Assembly (NCBI GenBank): GCA_964016885.1
Contig: OZ024765.1
Location: 15,562,001 to 15,626,000, forward strand
Direction of reading: 5' to 3'
DNA from: Eledone cirrhosa
Lineage: Eukaryota
Length of the DNA stretch: 64,000 nucleotides
A model generated the notes under the pieces. That model saw nothing but the letters and a program-made list of their open reading frames with translations. It was not told the origin of the DNA and searched no databases. Numbering within the stretch: position 1 is the stretch's first letter; each line of letters begins with the position of its first letter. Below, piece after piece: positions 42,840 through 56,379 of this stretch. A program made the translations under genes and the position numbers.

Positions 42840-43775
42840 TAGATGTGTAGGCTTATACCTATTGATGTGCTGTGCTATAGAAGGTGTGTAAATCTATATC
42901 TAAGGCTGTGTAAATCTATGTCTATAGATGTGTAAATGTGTGTCTGTAGCTGTGTAAATCTATGTCTATAGAAGGTGTGCTGTGCTATAGAAGGTGTGTA
43001 AATTTATGTCTAAGGCTGTGTAAATCTATACCTACAGAAGGTGTGATGTGCTATAGAAGGTGTGTAAATCTATGTCTAAGGCTGTGTAAATTTATGTCTA
43101 TAGATGTGTAAATGTGTGTCTGTAGCTGTGTAAATCTATATCTATAGAAGGTGTGCTGTGCTATAGAAGATGTGTAAATCTATGTCTAAGGCTGTGTAAA
43201 TCTGTCTATAGATGTGTAAATGTCTGTCTGTAGCTGTGTAAATCTACATCTAAGGCTGTGTAAATCTATGTCTATAGATGTGTAAATGTGTGTCTGTAGC
43301 TGTGTAAATCTATGTCTATAGAAGGTGTGTAAATCTATATCTAAGGCTGTGTAAATCTATGTCTATAGATGTGTAAATGTGTGTCTGTAACTGTGTAAAT
43401 CTATATCTATAGAAGGTGTGTTGTGCTATAGAAGGTGTGTAAATATATATCTAAGGCTGTGTAAATCTATGTCTATAGATGTGTAAATCTGTGCCTATAG
43501 CTGTGTAAATATGTCTATTGCTGTGTAAATCTATATCTACGGCTGTGTAAATCTGTGTCAACTGTGATTATAGATGTGCTATGAGTTAGAACATTCGGAA
43601 ACCAGTAAATCTGTGTAAACCTATAGCTGTGTAACGTTGAGTCCTCAGATGTGTTGGGATTTAGATGTGTAAATCCCTTTCTAAACCTGTGTAAATCTCT
43701 ATCTATAAATGGGTATAGCAATGTCTATAGCTGTGTAAACGTGCGTTTAAAGATGTGTAAACACCTGTCTATAGA
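42840..43775. repeat. Minisatellite of ~21-22 bp units (TGTGTAAATCTATGTCTA..) with higher-order structure
   Basis: Seen directly. Confidence 0.9.
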
Positions 43776-43809
43776 TTTATATACATATTTGTATATATAT
43801 ATATTTATA

Positions 43810-43949
<140 letters not shown>

Positions 43950-44142
43950 TTCTGAAGACAGCATATATATGTGAAGGTATGTATATTCCCCTCTGATAGT
44001 TTGTATAAATATTGTACATAGATCTATAGAATATGCATGCCAATTCTAACAACATATATATCCTAGAAACGATCGTAAAATAATGAACTTTTTTTGTTTA
44101 ATATAAGGAACTGTTTCTTTGTTTATTCATTATTTTTTAATA

Positions 44143-44222
<80 letters not shown>

Positions 44223-44251
44223 TACGCATACATATATATATTATATATATA

Positions 44252-44303
<52 letters not shown>

Positions 44304-44535
44304 CATTGCAAGTTTGAAGAAATATTAGATAAAATATATACAGTATTTCTTCTCCCTAGTCCGTATAAATCAACCACATAAAAAATCATTTAAACGAGGC
44401 TAAAATTTGAAAATGTAACAATAAAGATATAATAGACAATGATACAGACTATCTTCCGCGATGTACAGCCATATAATATTTATCTAGTTATTCTATTAGC
44501 CTCTAGAAATTGACTAGACAAATAATGTATATATA

Positions 44536-44602
<67 letters not shown>

Positions 44603-44632
44603 AAATGAAAATCCGAAGGCAAGATAAAATTC

Positions 44633-44726
44633 CAATCATTTAATCACGACGCATGTTTCAATAAGAGATAGATCGATTGTGAAGCCATGATCGATTATCA
44701 CTTATCTCATCAGGTGAAAATGAATT
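44633..44726 (-). ncRNA. Type I hammerhead ribozyme motif with long stem II
   Basis: The minus strand reads TCATTT-TCAC, CTGATGA, stem II GATAAG.GATA.ATCGAT/ATCGAT.TATC.CTTATT, GAAAC-ATGC-GTC, GTGA-TT-AAATGA. The canonical GUC triplet is at 44650-44648. Confidence 0.88.
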
Positions 44727-45298
44727 GTCTTCAAATTCTTGATATGAGGGAGAAAAATAACGATGTTCTCTGACAGATTTCATTCCCTCATATGAAGACA
44801 CACCAGTCAGAGACACGGCAACTGCTATTAACTTCAGTTGATGGTCATAAAAGTTGTCAGATTTCTATTGCTGCAAAAGACGCTGGACATCAATCAAATC
44901 TGTAGGGATATAGCTGGTCGCAAGTTAATGATACTTATACTCCGTTTTACATCATCTGGCTGTTCCCTTGAATGGAATTGGAGATATACAAAATCGTGAA
45001 GAACTTATATATTGCTGAGATAAATTTATTGGATCATTTTACACATCCAATAATGCACCTTACTATATAACAACTATATATATATATCAGGTCAGTAAAA
45101 AATCTTTTCCTGGGTCCTGTATTTTCGTTGCTCTGGTATTGCGGTCGGACTGCCGACCGCTATATCTGATTTGCTAAGCTGTTTGAACATAATGTTATTA
45201 CTCCGGGGTCTTACCTGATCTGAGTGCTAAAGCTACAATCGAATAAGCATACACGCTACCTTGGCCGTGTACTAGAGCTTCGTCTATGCTGTACTAAA

Positions 45299-45350
<52 letters not shown>

Positions 45351-45356
<6 letters not shown>

Positions 45357-45772
45357 TAAATCATGTCCTTAGAATTATTAGATAAAATATATACCATTTC
45401 CTTGGTTATTTATCAAATATTTTCGGTTATTTATCAAATATTTCTTCATAGGAGCCTTTATTCTTATAGGCCTGGTCTAATTGATTTTTTATATGGTTAA
45501 TTATGTTAATTAATTTTTTATATGGTTAATTATGCTAATTGATTTTTTATATGGTTAATTATGGTAATTGGGAGAGGAAATGGTTATATTTTTATATGGT
45601 TAATTATGCTAATTGATTTTTTATATGGATAATTATGCTAATTGGGAGAGAAATGGTATATATTTTATCTAATAATTCTAAGACATGATTTATGATATAT
45701 TGCTCTGATTATTTAATTTATTAATTCTTCATTGAGCCACAACGTGACCGGTTGCCACATATATATCTATGA
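45351..45772 (+). mobile_element. Fold-back element with internal ~30 bp tandem repeats
   Basis: Arms ATATCATAAATCATGTC..ATACCATTTC (45351-45410) and GAAATGGTAT..GACATGATTTATGATAT (about 45650-45700). Confidence 0.7.
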
Positions 45773-45790
45773 CTTTATGTATATGTAAAT

Positions 45791-45826
<36 letters not shown>

Positions 45827-46309
45827 GCAAGTTTGAAGAAATATTAGATAAAATATATACAGTATTTCTTCTCCCTAGTCCGTATAAATCATCCACATAA
45901 AAAATCATTTAAACGAGGCTAAAATTTGAAAATGTAACTATAAAGAAATAATAGACAAATGATACAGACTATCTTCCGCGATGTACAGCCATATAATATT
46001 TATCTAGTTATTCCTATTAGCTTCTAGAAATTGACTAGACAAATAATTAACTAAACGTAGTTAGGTACAAAATATGAGTTTGAAGAAAAAATGCACATAA
46101 ATTTTACCAAAATTCCTCTAGATACATGTGCTCTGATGATCGCCTACCAGTGTGAACAGACTGTCAGCCTCTCTCCCTTGTTTCGCCGAAAGTAAGTAAG
46201 TGACATTTCCACTAATTTAAAACTAATAGCGTATGGTCTTCTAAATGTTTTTAATTAAACATACAGTATATTGCTAAATATACTATACATACTTTCATAT
46301 ATCTATAAA

Positions 46310-46410
46310 TAAAGGAAGTGTGGTAAGGAACCAGTTGGACCATAACTGGTTTAGTTCTGAACTAGCTGTCGAAACGGCCAGTGCTCAGCCGTCGGGGACC
46401 TGACTCTTTT

Positions 46411-46413
<3 letters not shown>
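46310..46413 (-). mobile_element. Family A copy, internally deleted
   Basis: The tail start AAGGAAGTGTGGTAAGGAACC is joined to GTCGAAACGGCC..GCCGTCGGGGACC. Confidence 0.75.
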
Positions 46414-46459
<46 letters not shown>

Positions 46460-46464
<5 letters not shown>

Positions 46465-46676
46465 CAAGTTTAACCCCGACGGCAGAGCTCAGGCCGTTTC
46501 GACGGCCATTTCTGGACTCCTTAGTCTGGACTTCTGGAGTCAGAAATAGCCGTCTAAACGGCTTGAGCTCTGCCGTCGGGGTTAAACTTTTTCCTATTAG
46601 CCACTCTACTACCTTAAGTATAGAGTTCTCTGGTACGTTATAGTCCTTCTGGTTCCTTAACACACTTCCTTCGTTA
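46460..46676 (+). mobile_element. Family A element with the longest central stem-loop
   Basis: Centre ATTTCTGGACTCC-TTAGTCTGGACTTCT-GGAGTCAGAAAT, tail ending CCTTCGT. Confidence 0.88.
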
Positions 46677-46693
46677 GAGAGATATATATATAA

Positions 46694-46772
<79 letters not shown>

Positions 46773-46812
46773 GTTGAAAAGGTGGTCAAGTATGTTATAG
46801 ATCAGTAAATAG

Positions 46813-46861
46813 TTGCTCCGAAGAACCCAAACCTCGGTTTGGAGGAAACAATTGTAAGCAA
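46813..46861 (+). ncRNA. Type I hammerhead motif (CCGAAGA core variant)
   Basis: Stem I TTGCT/AGCAA, CCGAAGA at 46818-24, stem II CCAAACC/GGTTTGG, GAAA at 46845-48, palindromic stem III ACAATTGT, GUA triplet with the cut after 46856. Confidence 0.75.
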
Positions 46862-46922
46862 ATAAATGACTTAAACTGAACTTTGATTATTGTAATCTCT
46901 CTCTCTCTATATATATATATAT

Positions 46923-47120
46923 AACGAAGGAAATGTGGTAAGGAACCAAGTGGACAATAACGCACCAAAGTACTCAATACTTAGGGTAGTAGAGTGGGTA
47001 ATAGGAACAAGTAAGACCCCGACGGCTGAGCTCAAGCCATTTCGACGGCTAATTCTGTACTCAATTAGTCGAATTAGCCGTCGAAACGGCTTGAGCTCAG
47101 CCGTCGGGGTCTTACTTGTT

Positions 47121-47124
<4 letters not shown>
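46923..47124 (-). mobile_element. Family A fold-back element
   Basis: Tail plus near-perfect arms with a 17 nt loop. Confidence 0.9.
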
Positions 47125-47191
<67 letters not shown>

Positions 47192-47375
47192 GTGTATATA
47201 TATATATACACACAGGGAGAACCATGTGTATTGTGGAGCAGTGAAACGTGATTGTAGAATCAACACGTGAGATATTGTAGGCTGAGATATATAGAAAAAA
47301 TATATAATCAATCTGAATGAAAGAAATTAACATATCAAAGGAAATCTGACAATAGTTACTATATATATGTGTATA

Positions 47376-47525
<150 letters not shown>

Positions 47526-47580
47526 CATATATATAGCGGCGATATAACAATATAATATATATATATTATGTATCTATATG

Positions 47581-47660
<80 letters not shown>

Positions 47661-47692
47661 CTATCTATCTATATATATATATATGTACATAT

Positions 47693-47725
<33 letters not shown>

Positions 47726-48035
47726 CGTATATGTATATATATGTATATACATGCATATGTATATGTACATATATATACATATATATATATGTATATATAT
47801 ATATTTATATATTGTTTATGTGTATATATATATGTATATATATATATGTATATATATGTATATATGTATGTATATGTATATATATATATATTTATATATG
47901 TATGTATATATATATATATATTTTTATATGTATATATATACATATATATATATATAATATATATATATGTATGTGTGTGTGTGAGAGTGCGTGTGTGAGA
48001 GAAAGAGAGAGTAGAAGAATGAGATAGGGAGAGTA

Positions 48036-48076
<41 letters not shown>

Positions 48077-48492
48077 AAGATTGAAAGCAGAGAGAGAATA
48101 TATACAGCTTATTTGTGTGTGTGTGTGTATGTGTCTGTGTGTGTCTGTTTGAAAGAGAGAGAGAGAGAGAGTGAGAGATAGATAGAGAGAGAGAGAGAGG
48201 GAGAAAGAGAGCGTAAGAGATAGAGAGAGGGTTTGTAAGCAAGAGTGAGAGGGAGGGAGGTAATGACTTATTTTAAATATTATTTGTGTATGTTTTGTTA
48301 AAGTCAGTCTTTCTTTGAAATTGTAATGAATATCAAATTATAAAGAATAATCTTCTCCGGAAATACTGTAAACCGCCTACATATAGGCTGCGTGACACAC
48401 AGACATACATATATATAGACTGGGAGACAGCCAGACAGAGAGACATATATATAGCCTGAGAGACAGACAGCATATATATATATATATATATG

Positions 48493-48611
<119 letters not shown>

Positions 48612-48664
48612 CACATATATAAATACATGTATATATATATACATATGTATATATGTATGTATAT

Positions 48665-48695
<31 letters not shown>

Positions 48696-48724
48696 CATAT
48701 ATATATATATATATAGATATATAC

Positions 48725-48798
<74 letters not shown>

Positions 48799-48803
48799 GT
48801 ATA

Positions 48804-48857
<54 letters not shown>

Positions 48858-49166
48858 TATATAGTAATAACAATAAATTTGAAGACTTAAATCCAAAGAG
48901 TGCTTGGTGATGCATGTATTGTGCATGATATGCACTAATATAAATAGAAATATTTATATTCTATTACAAAAAAAATTACCTCATACCTTATAAATATATA
49001 ATCCAATATTTATCTTGAAATATATTTTCTTTCCTAGTATATACATATATATATATACATATATATATATATACACATATATATTTTCGATTTCATCTCT
49101 TTTTCTTTATACTTTCACTCGTGTAGGACACCTCGGTTATTTTTCAATTTGTAAAGAAAACCTCAC

Positions 49167-49203
<37 letters not shown>

Positions 49204-49212
49204 TATAAATAT

Positions 49213-49431
<219 letters not shown>

Positions 49432-49508
49432 TATATAAATATATATATATATATAAATATATATAAATATATATATATATAAATATATATAAATATATAT
49501 ATATATAA

Positions 49509-49539
<31 letters not shown>

Positions 49540-49550
49540 AAAATATATAC

Positions 49551-49611
<61 letters not shown>

Positions 49612-49922
49612 TGTCGGGTGAAATCTCATTGCGCACTAATCAGTCGAAATGTGCGGTACATTTTTATCTGTAAATATGCAAGCAATGCTGTGTGTAGCTG
49701 CGAATTTGCCAAAGTGTAAATATAAACGCAATTTAAGGATATAGGCAGTTTAAGTTGTCACGTTTACGTATTTATCTCTAAATTCCGAAAATAATGTATA
49801 TAGTTAATGGATTCGTGAACTAATGCGGGTTGTGGACAGAGAATGTGTAGGTACACAAACATTTCAAAAATACTGACAAATATATAATTGTTTCTACGTT
49901 AGGCACAAGGCCAGCAATTACC

Positions 49923-50688
49923 CAACAACAACAACAAAAACAATAGGAAAAGGAAGAAGAAAAAGAAGAAAAAAAAGTAGTGTCATAACAAACAATAAAC
50001 AATAAACTGATAATACTTTCTTTAATTCCGACATTTTGGTAATTTAGTTTCGTTTTGTAGAATAATAATAATTGCTTCTACTTTTGGCACAGGGCCAGCA
50101 ATTGACCCCAGTAAATTACTGGTACTTTATTTTATCGACCCCGTAAGGATGAAAGATAAAGTCAACCTCGGCGGGATTTGAACTCAGATCGTAAAGGGAC
50201 GTACGATATATATATATATATATATAGTAATAATAATAAATTTGAAGACTAAAATCCAAAGAGCGCTCGATAAGGATAAATATATATCAAATATATAAGA
50301 ACCGTAGAGCAAATATTTATTAAAATAACAGATTAAAGTTTAAGCAAAGAATCGCTGCTTTCACCCTTAACGAGATTGACTTTGTTAGTTTCAGAAGATC
50401 CCGTTAAGGGTGAAAGCAGCGATTCTTTGATTAAACTTAAATCCCACCGAAGTTAACTTTGCCTTTCATCCCTACGGGGTCGATAAAATATAGTACCAGT
50501 AATGTACTGGGGGTAATTGCTGGCCCTGTGCCAAAAGTAGAAACAATTATTATTATTCTACAAAACGAAACTAAATTACCAAAATGTCGGAATTAAAGTA
50601 TTATCAGTTTATTGTTTATTGTTTGTTATGACACTACTTCTTTTTCTTCTTTTTTCTTCTTCCTTTTCCTCGTGTTGTTGTTGTTGTT
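49923..50688. repeat. ~255 bp inverted duplication of SINE plus flanking DNA, around a fold-back element
   Basis: 49923-50179 is the reverse complement of 50439-50688. The inner element at 50236-50443 has its own arms at 50331-50376 and 50398-50443. Related ends lie near 13210, 31270, 48875 and 59100. Confidence 0.85.
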
Positions 50689-51269
50689 CTTCTTCTTATT
50701 ATTATTATTCTCCTTCTCCTCCTCCTTCTTCTTCTTCTTCTTCTTCTTCTTCTTCTTCTTCTTCTTCTTCTTCTTCTTCTTCTTCTTCTTCTTCTTCTTT
50801 TTCTTCTTCTTCTTCTTCTTCTTCTTTGCCTTCTTCTTCTTCTTCTTCTTCTTCTTCTTTGCCTTCTTCTTCTTCTTCTTCTTCTTCTTCTTCTTCTTCT
50901 TCTTCTTCTTCTTCTTCTTCTTCTTCTTCTTCTTCTTCTTCTTCTTCTTTTCCTTCTTTGCCTTCTTCTTCTTCTTCTTCTGGTGAATTGGCAGTGTCGG
51001 TAGAGAGTCGGACGCCATGCTTTCCAGCATAGTTACGTCCCTTTACGGTCTGAGTTCAAATCCCGTCGAGGTTAACTTTGCCTTTCATCCTTACGGCGTC
51101 GATAACATAAAGTACCAGTAATGCACTGATATAATTGCTGGCCTTGTGCCAAATGTATAAACAATTATTATTATCAATATTATTACAAATAGTCTTCATC
51201 TTATTAGTATTATCTTTATTACCACAACCCTTACTACGATTATTATTATTATTACCATTAACATGCTGT

Positions 51270-51760
51270 CACGTGTAGGACGGTCCGGCTATCAGCTGAG
51301 TCCTTCTTGAAATGGCCCTGCCACCTTCCTTTAGCCGGGAAGGGCAGGCAGTTTTTAATTGCCTGGTGACCATGGTAATAGAGGCCGTATGGTGGACGCG
51401 TCTGAAAGGATTGAAGACGTGTGCTTTCCCTTCGGTGACGTCCTCATTAACTTTTTCAGGTTTCACCAGAAAAAAGAAAAAGAGGGTAGAGAAGGAAATG
51501 CTGCCTTCCAGCCAGTTTGTTGAAAGGTGGGTGAGAGAGGCAAGAATGGCCCGTGTGAATGGGCCTACCCTGAGCATGTGCCTGTAGCATCGTGGGAGGA
51601 AAACTGGAATAGGGCACTTGCGGTCAGAGTAACCGTGGCTTTCTTGTGGGCTTTCTCCACGAGTGACCCTCGAAAGTCTCCCGCCTATTGGCGAATGTTT
51701 CCTTGTTTCATTTTTTGTTACATCCTCTGTTTTTTTCACACACAATTGAGCATTTGTACC
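51270..51760 (+). mobile_element. L1/Tx1-like LINE ORF2 C-terminus and 3' UTR
   Basis: LSAESFLKMALPPSFSREGQAVFNCLVTMVIEAVWWTRLKGLK...RVEKEMLPSSQFVERW fits the K..IW..R....F..RW pattern of Tx1/L1 ORF2 ends. Confidence 0.65.
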
Positions 51761-52242
51761 GTCCAGTACTATCCTGTACAGTCCCCTACAGTCCTGTACA
51801 GTCCCGTACCGTCCTGAACAGTGCTCTGCTGTCATGTACCGTCCTGTACAGTCCCGTAGTCCTGTACCGTCCTGAACAGTCCTCTGCTCTCGTGTACCGT
51901 CCTGTACAATCCAGTACTGTCATGTACCGTCCTGTACAGTCCAGTACTGTCATGTACCGTCCTGTACAGTCCAGTACTGTCATGTACCGTCCTGTACAGT
52001 CCAGTGCTGTCCCGTACAGTCCTGTCCCGTCCAGTACCGTCCTGTACAGTCCCGTACCGTCCTGAACAGTCCTCTGCTGTCATGTACCGTCCTGTACAGT
52101 CCTGTCTCGTCCAGTACCGTCCTGTACAGTCCCGTACACTCCAATGCTGTCCCGTACAGTCCCGTACATTCCTGTACAGTTCCGTACAGACCTGTCCCGT
52201 CCTGAACAGTCCCCTGCTGTCCTGTACAGTCCAGTACTGCCC
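51755..52242. repeat. ~30 bp minisatellite (GTACCGTCCTGTACAGTCC...)
   Basis: Seen directly. Confidence 0.92.
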
Positions 52243-52679
52243 TTAACGTTATCTTTTGTGTCAACTCTTGTGGTTAATAAGAAAGCATTATTACCATTAA
52301 TATTAGTATTATTACCATTTATAGCTCCATGTTAGTCTTATTATTAAATATTATTAATACATTCATTTTATTAATATTTATTACAAATCTTTTCACAAAA
52401 ATCTTAATTTAGACAAAAGAGTCACATTTTTCGCAATGTTCTTTTTTTGGTTCCTTTTCTTTTTTTTTTTATGCATTTCTTCCTCCGCCACCGCCACTCT
52501 TTTATTTTATTTATTCTAATTTATTCTATTTTTATTTGTTATGTTTTTGTTTTGTTTTTTCTTTTGATTTGTTTTTGTTTTCATTTTTTAATTTTTATTT
52601 TCATTGTAATTTTTCAAATAATGTTTTCTTTTCATCTTGCTTGCTTGACATCGTCTCCCCCACCACCACCACCCATTTC

Positions 52680-53230
52680 TGCTTCTTCTTTTGTTTCTTC
52701 TTCTTCTTCTTCTTCTTCTTCTTCTTCTTCTTCTTCTTCTTCTTCTTCTTTGTATGTCTTTCTTGTTCATCCTATTTCTTCTTCTTCTTCTTCTTCTTCT
52801 TCTTCTTCTTCTTCTTCTTCTTCTTCTTCTTCTTCTTCTTCTTCTTCTTCTTCTTCTTCTTCTTCTTCTTCTTCTTCTTCTTCTTCTTCTTCTTCTTCTT
52901 CTTTGGCTTCTTCTTCTTCTTCTTCTTCTTCTTCTTCTTCTTCTTCTTCTTCTTCTTTGTCTGTCTTTCTTTTTCATCCTATTTCTTCTTCTTCTTCTTT
53001 TTCATCCTATTTCTTCTTCTTCTTCTTCTTCTTCTTTGTCTGTCTTTCTTTTTCATCCTATTTCTTCTTCTTCTTCTTCTGTTCACGCGCCCCACTCCCA
53101 GTTCTTTCTCACCGTTGTCGTTATTCCTGTGTGGATGCTGTATCAGTTGGTATGTCATTGTGTTGTTATTGTTGTTGTTGCTGTTATTGTTGTTGTTGGT
53201 GTTGTTGTTGTTGTTGTTGTTGTTGTTCTC
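52680..53230. repeat. (TTC)n and (TTG)n repeats; another (TTC)n lies at 50710-50980
   Basis: Seen directly. Confidence 0.92.
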
Positions 53231-53401
53231 CACTGTAGATTTCACGGCTCAATCACCCGTTGACCATCCTTCATTACACACGTCTGGGGAGTCTCGTCTC
53301 TTTCTCTCACCTACCAACATCTTATCAAACAGCGTTTGAAAATATTTATGAAATTTCTCTTTCCAAATATCAATGACAATTCAACCAATATATGCGTATA
53401 A

Positions 53402-53439
<38 letters not shown>

Positions 53440-53603
53440 GTGTGTGTGTGGGTATGTGTGTGTATGTGTGTGTGTGTGTGTGTACAAATATATATACATA
53501 TATGTACATATATGTACATATATGTATATATATATGTATATCTATAAATATATATATATTTTTAAATGCGTATATATGTATGTAGTTATGTATGTATGTA
53601 TAC

Positions 53604-53647
<44 letters not shown>

Positions 53648-53648
53648 A

Positions 53649-53772
<124 letters not shown>

Positions 53773-54689
53773 AACGGTAATATCGATACCAACAGCGCCA
53801 TTTTCATTTTAATCCAACCACTCCATCTGCTGACTATTCAGCGTTGCGTGAATATTCCAGTCGTATCACGTGATGTTTGAAATTAAAGTAGATTCTTATT
53901 CACTGATTTAGGACAGAGAGTGGCTTTGTGGTTAGTGTGTTGGACTTCCAACCATATGGTCGCTGGTTTGATTCCTACACCAGGCGGCGTGTTTATGTTG
54001 TTATGAATCATGCTGCTTTACATGACAGGACTTGTGAGTCTTCTATCATTAATGACTTCTACTAGGGTGGTGGATTGCTAGAATCGGTAGACCGCCAGAC
54101 ACCATGCTTTTCAGCATGGAGTTATGGCCCTTTAATTTCTGAGTTCAAGTCCCCCCGGGGTTAACTTTGCCTTTCATCCTTACGGGGGTCGATAAAATAA
54201 TATACCAGTAATGTACTGGGGTCGATTTAATCGACTTTCCCCTCCGCCCAAATTACTGGCGTTCTGCCTATAGTAGAAACCATTATTTAGGGTGGAGGAT
54301 TGGCAGTATCGGTAGAGGGTCGGACACTATGCTTTTCAGCATAGAGTCATAGCTCTTTACTTTCTGAGTTCAAGTCCCCCCCCCCCCCCCCCGAGGTTAA
54401 CTTTGCCTTCATTCTTACGGTGTCGATAAAACTGAAGAACTAGTAATACACTGGCATAATTGCTACCCTTGTGCCAAAAGTAGAAACGATATTACCCAAC
54501 ATGAAACTTCCATAGAGGCCAGCAAAACCTGCATCGTTGTGAGGTCTAGAAAGCTCGCGACCATCCTTCTATTGTATATATATGAATTTCTCTAACGTGA
54601 CGAATCTCATGCTACCAGACATAATTTCACAACCAATGACTACTAAGTTTCAAAAAGCCTGTACAATGTTGTAGAAATATATACAGATT

Positions 54690-54975
54690 ATATAAAACAA
54701 AACGAAAAATAATGTATTACCCAATCTATTTCAACATGATATTTCGGAGCTCAATCACTATTTTCAAATATGAAACGAATTTGGAAGAAAACAATAACGA
54801 ACGATCGATGTCTCCGCCCCTATCTTGTCTACATGTCTGAAAGGGACGAACACATCGATCGTTCACTTTTGATTTGAACCATTTTTCGTTTCACATTTGA
54901 AAAGGGGTTTGTTTCTCTGAAATATCATGTTGAAATATATTGGGTAAAACATGACTTGTTTTGTATCATTTATAA
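54690..54975. mobile_element. Long imperfect palindrome (fold-back or MITE-like)
   Basis: Nested pairings TTACCCAAT.TATTTCAACATGATATTTC / GAAATATCATGTTGAAATA.ATTGGGTAA, TGAAACGAA/TTCGTTTCA and GAACGATCGATGT/ACATCGATCGTTC. Confidence 0.7.
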
Positions 54976-55014
54976 CCCTTTGCCCTTCATATATTTCTTC
55001 CTCATTGGACCGCA

Positions 55015-55815
55015 TTTTAGAAACTTCTTGTGACGCTAAACTCCGCCAGTTGCAGACTGCGTATCAACATGTGATATCTCTCTCCACAAGGTCGATCACC
55101 AACAGCAGAATTTAAAGAGCAAAGATAAAGTCCAGTCCATAGGTTGACATGGTCAAGCCGCCGTTTTGGCTGCCGGCCTCTGCTTCTCCTACCAGCCGAC
55201 CTTCCTTCCAGGCATATATAATACATTTCGATCACCAACAGCAGAGTTCAAAGAGCAAATATCTAGTCAAGTCTATAGGTTGACATTATGAAGCCATAGT
55301 TCTGGCTGCCGGCCTCTGCTTCACCTAGCAGCCAACCTTCCTTCCAGGAATATATAATACATTTCGATCACCAACAGCAGAGTTCAAAGAGCAAAGATCT
55401 AGTCCAGTCCATAGGTCAAGCCATAGTTCTGGCTTTCGGCATCTGCTTCTCTTACCAGCCAACCTTCCTACCAGGCATAACCTACTCACACCATGAATTG
55501 ATCTTTTATATGACCGTATAGTTTAAGTATTCTTGACTTGACAATTGATGTAATTGGTCTAAGTCTGGTAATGTGGAGCAGCTCACTGATAGAGATACGG
55601 TCGCTGAGCCACTTGCCAGTCATAAGTCTCATGATGTGGTTCTGGAATGTAGAGAGCTTCTGAAGTGACCTTGTCGTCCAATTAACACAGTCAAGACCAT
55701 ATAACACAACTGGTAGGATGTAAATATCGAAGATCTTAGCCTTCAAATAATAGAAAACTCGTTTTGATGTTAGTACTTCCTTGTTCTTGTTGAAAGCTGC
55801 CCAACCTAGAGCGAT
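55015..55815 (-). mobile_element. RTE LINE 3' fragment with three tandem terminal units (136 bp period)
   Basis: IALGWAAFNKNKEVLTSK...LKAKIFDIYILPVVLYGLD...LKLYGHIK is typical post-RT RTE sequence. Units start at 55094, 55230 and 55366. Confidence 0.88.
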
Positions 55816-56379
55816 GCAATACTGCGCAGCAACCATTCCATTGTTGTTTGATGATAGTTTGTGGCCAAGATATATTTACAAACTCCGTGACTTGAGCAAT
55901 TTGCTGGTCGTAGATTGTTCTTATCAGTTGTCATACATTTTGTTTTGCAGTTGTTGTGATTTTAGAAACTTATCAGTCATTTATTACGTATCCCACAATG
56001 ATTTGTATTAACTAAACTAATTTCAGAACAAAACAGCTACGACAAGAAACATATTTCTTTGTCAGAAAAGTTGTTATCAGAAATAGCAATATATATTTCA
56101 ACTTCTGAGATATAAGTCGATTTTATAAAAGCTTAAAAAAAAACAAACCCTAGAATAACCAGTTAAAAATCTGCCATAGAAGAATGTGATGTAAAGGTAA
56201 GCAAGCTGCTACCTCCATTATACAACTCTCGTATATCATCGTGAGAATCTCATCCGACAGGTGGGATTCTGGGATATATAGAGCTTAGAAAGAAAAAAAA
56301 CAAATTATTTTAAAAAGAAAATTTGCAAAAAGGAAATGCTCACATTTTCACTCCCTTGTCGTTGTATGGCAGCGTTTGT

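Larger units (their letters stand above)
44304..46047. repeat. Pair of ~225 bp direct repeats (44304-44526 and 45823-46047), each starting at a TA tract
   Basis: Near-identical ATTGCAAGTTTGAAGAAATATTAG...GACTAGACAAATAAT. Confidence 0.85.

Noticed and set aside
44790-45060. Plus-strand peptide bits (ETRQLLLTSVDGHKSCQI) vaguely like a GIY-YIG GET...H motif
   Set aside because: Multiple stops and too little similarity to call by eye.
46128-46205. CTGATGA ... GAAA pair
   Set aside because: Neither stem II nor stem III can form.
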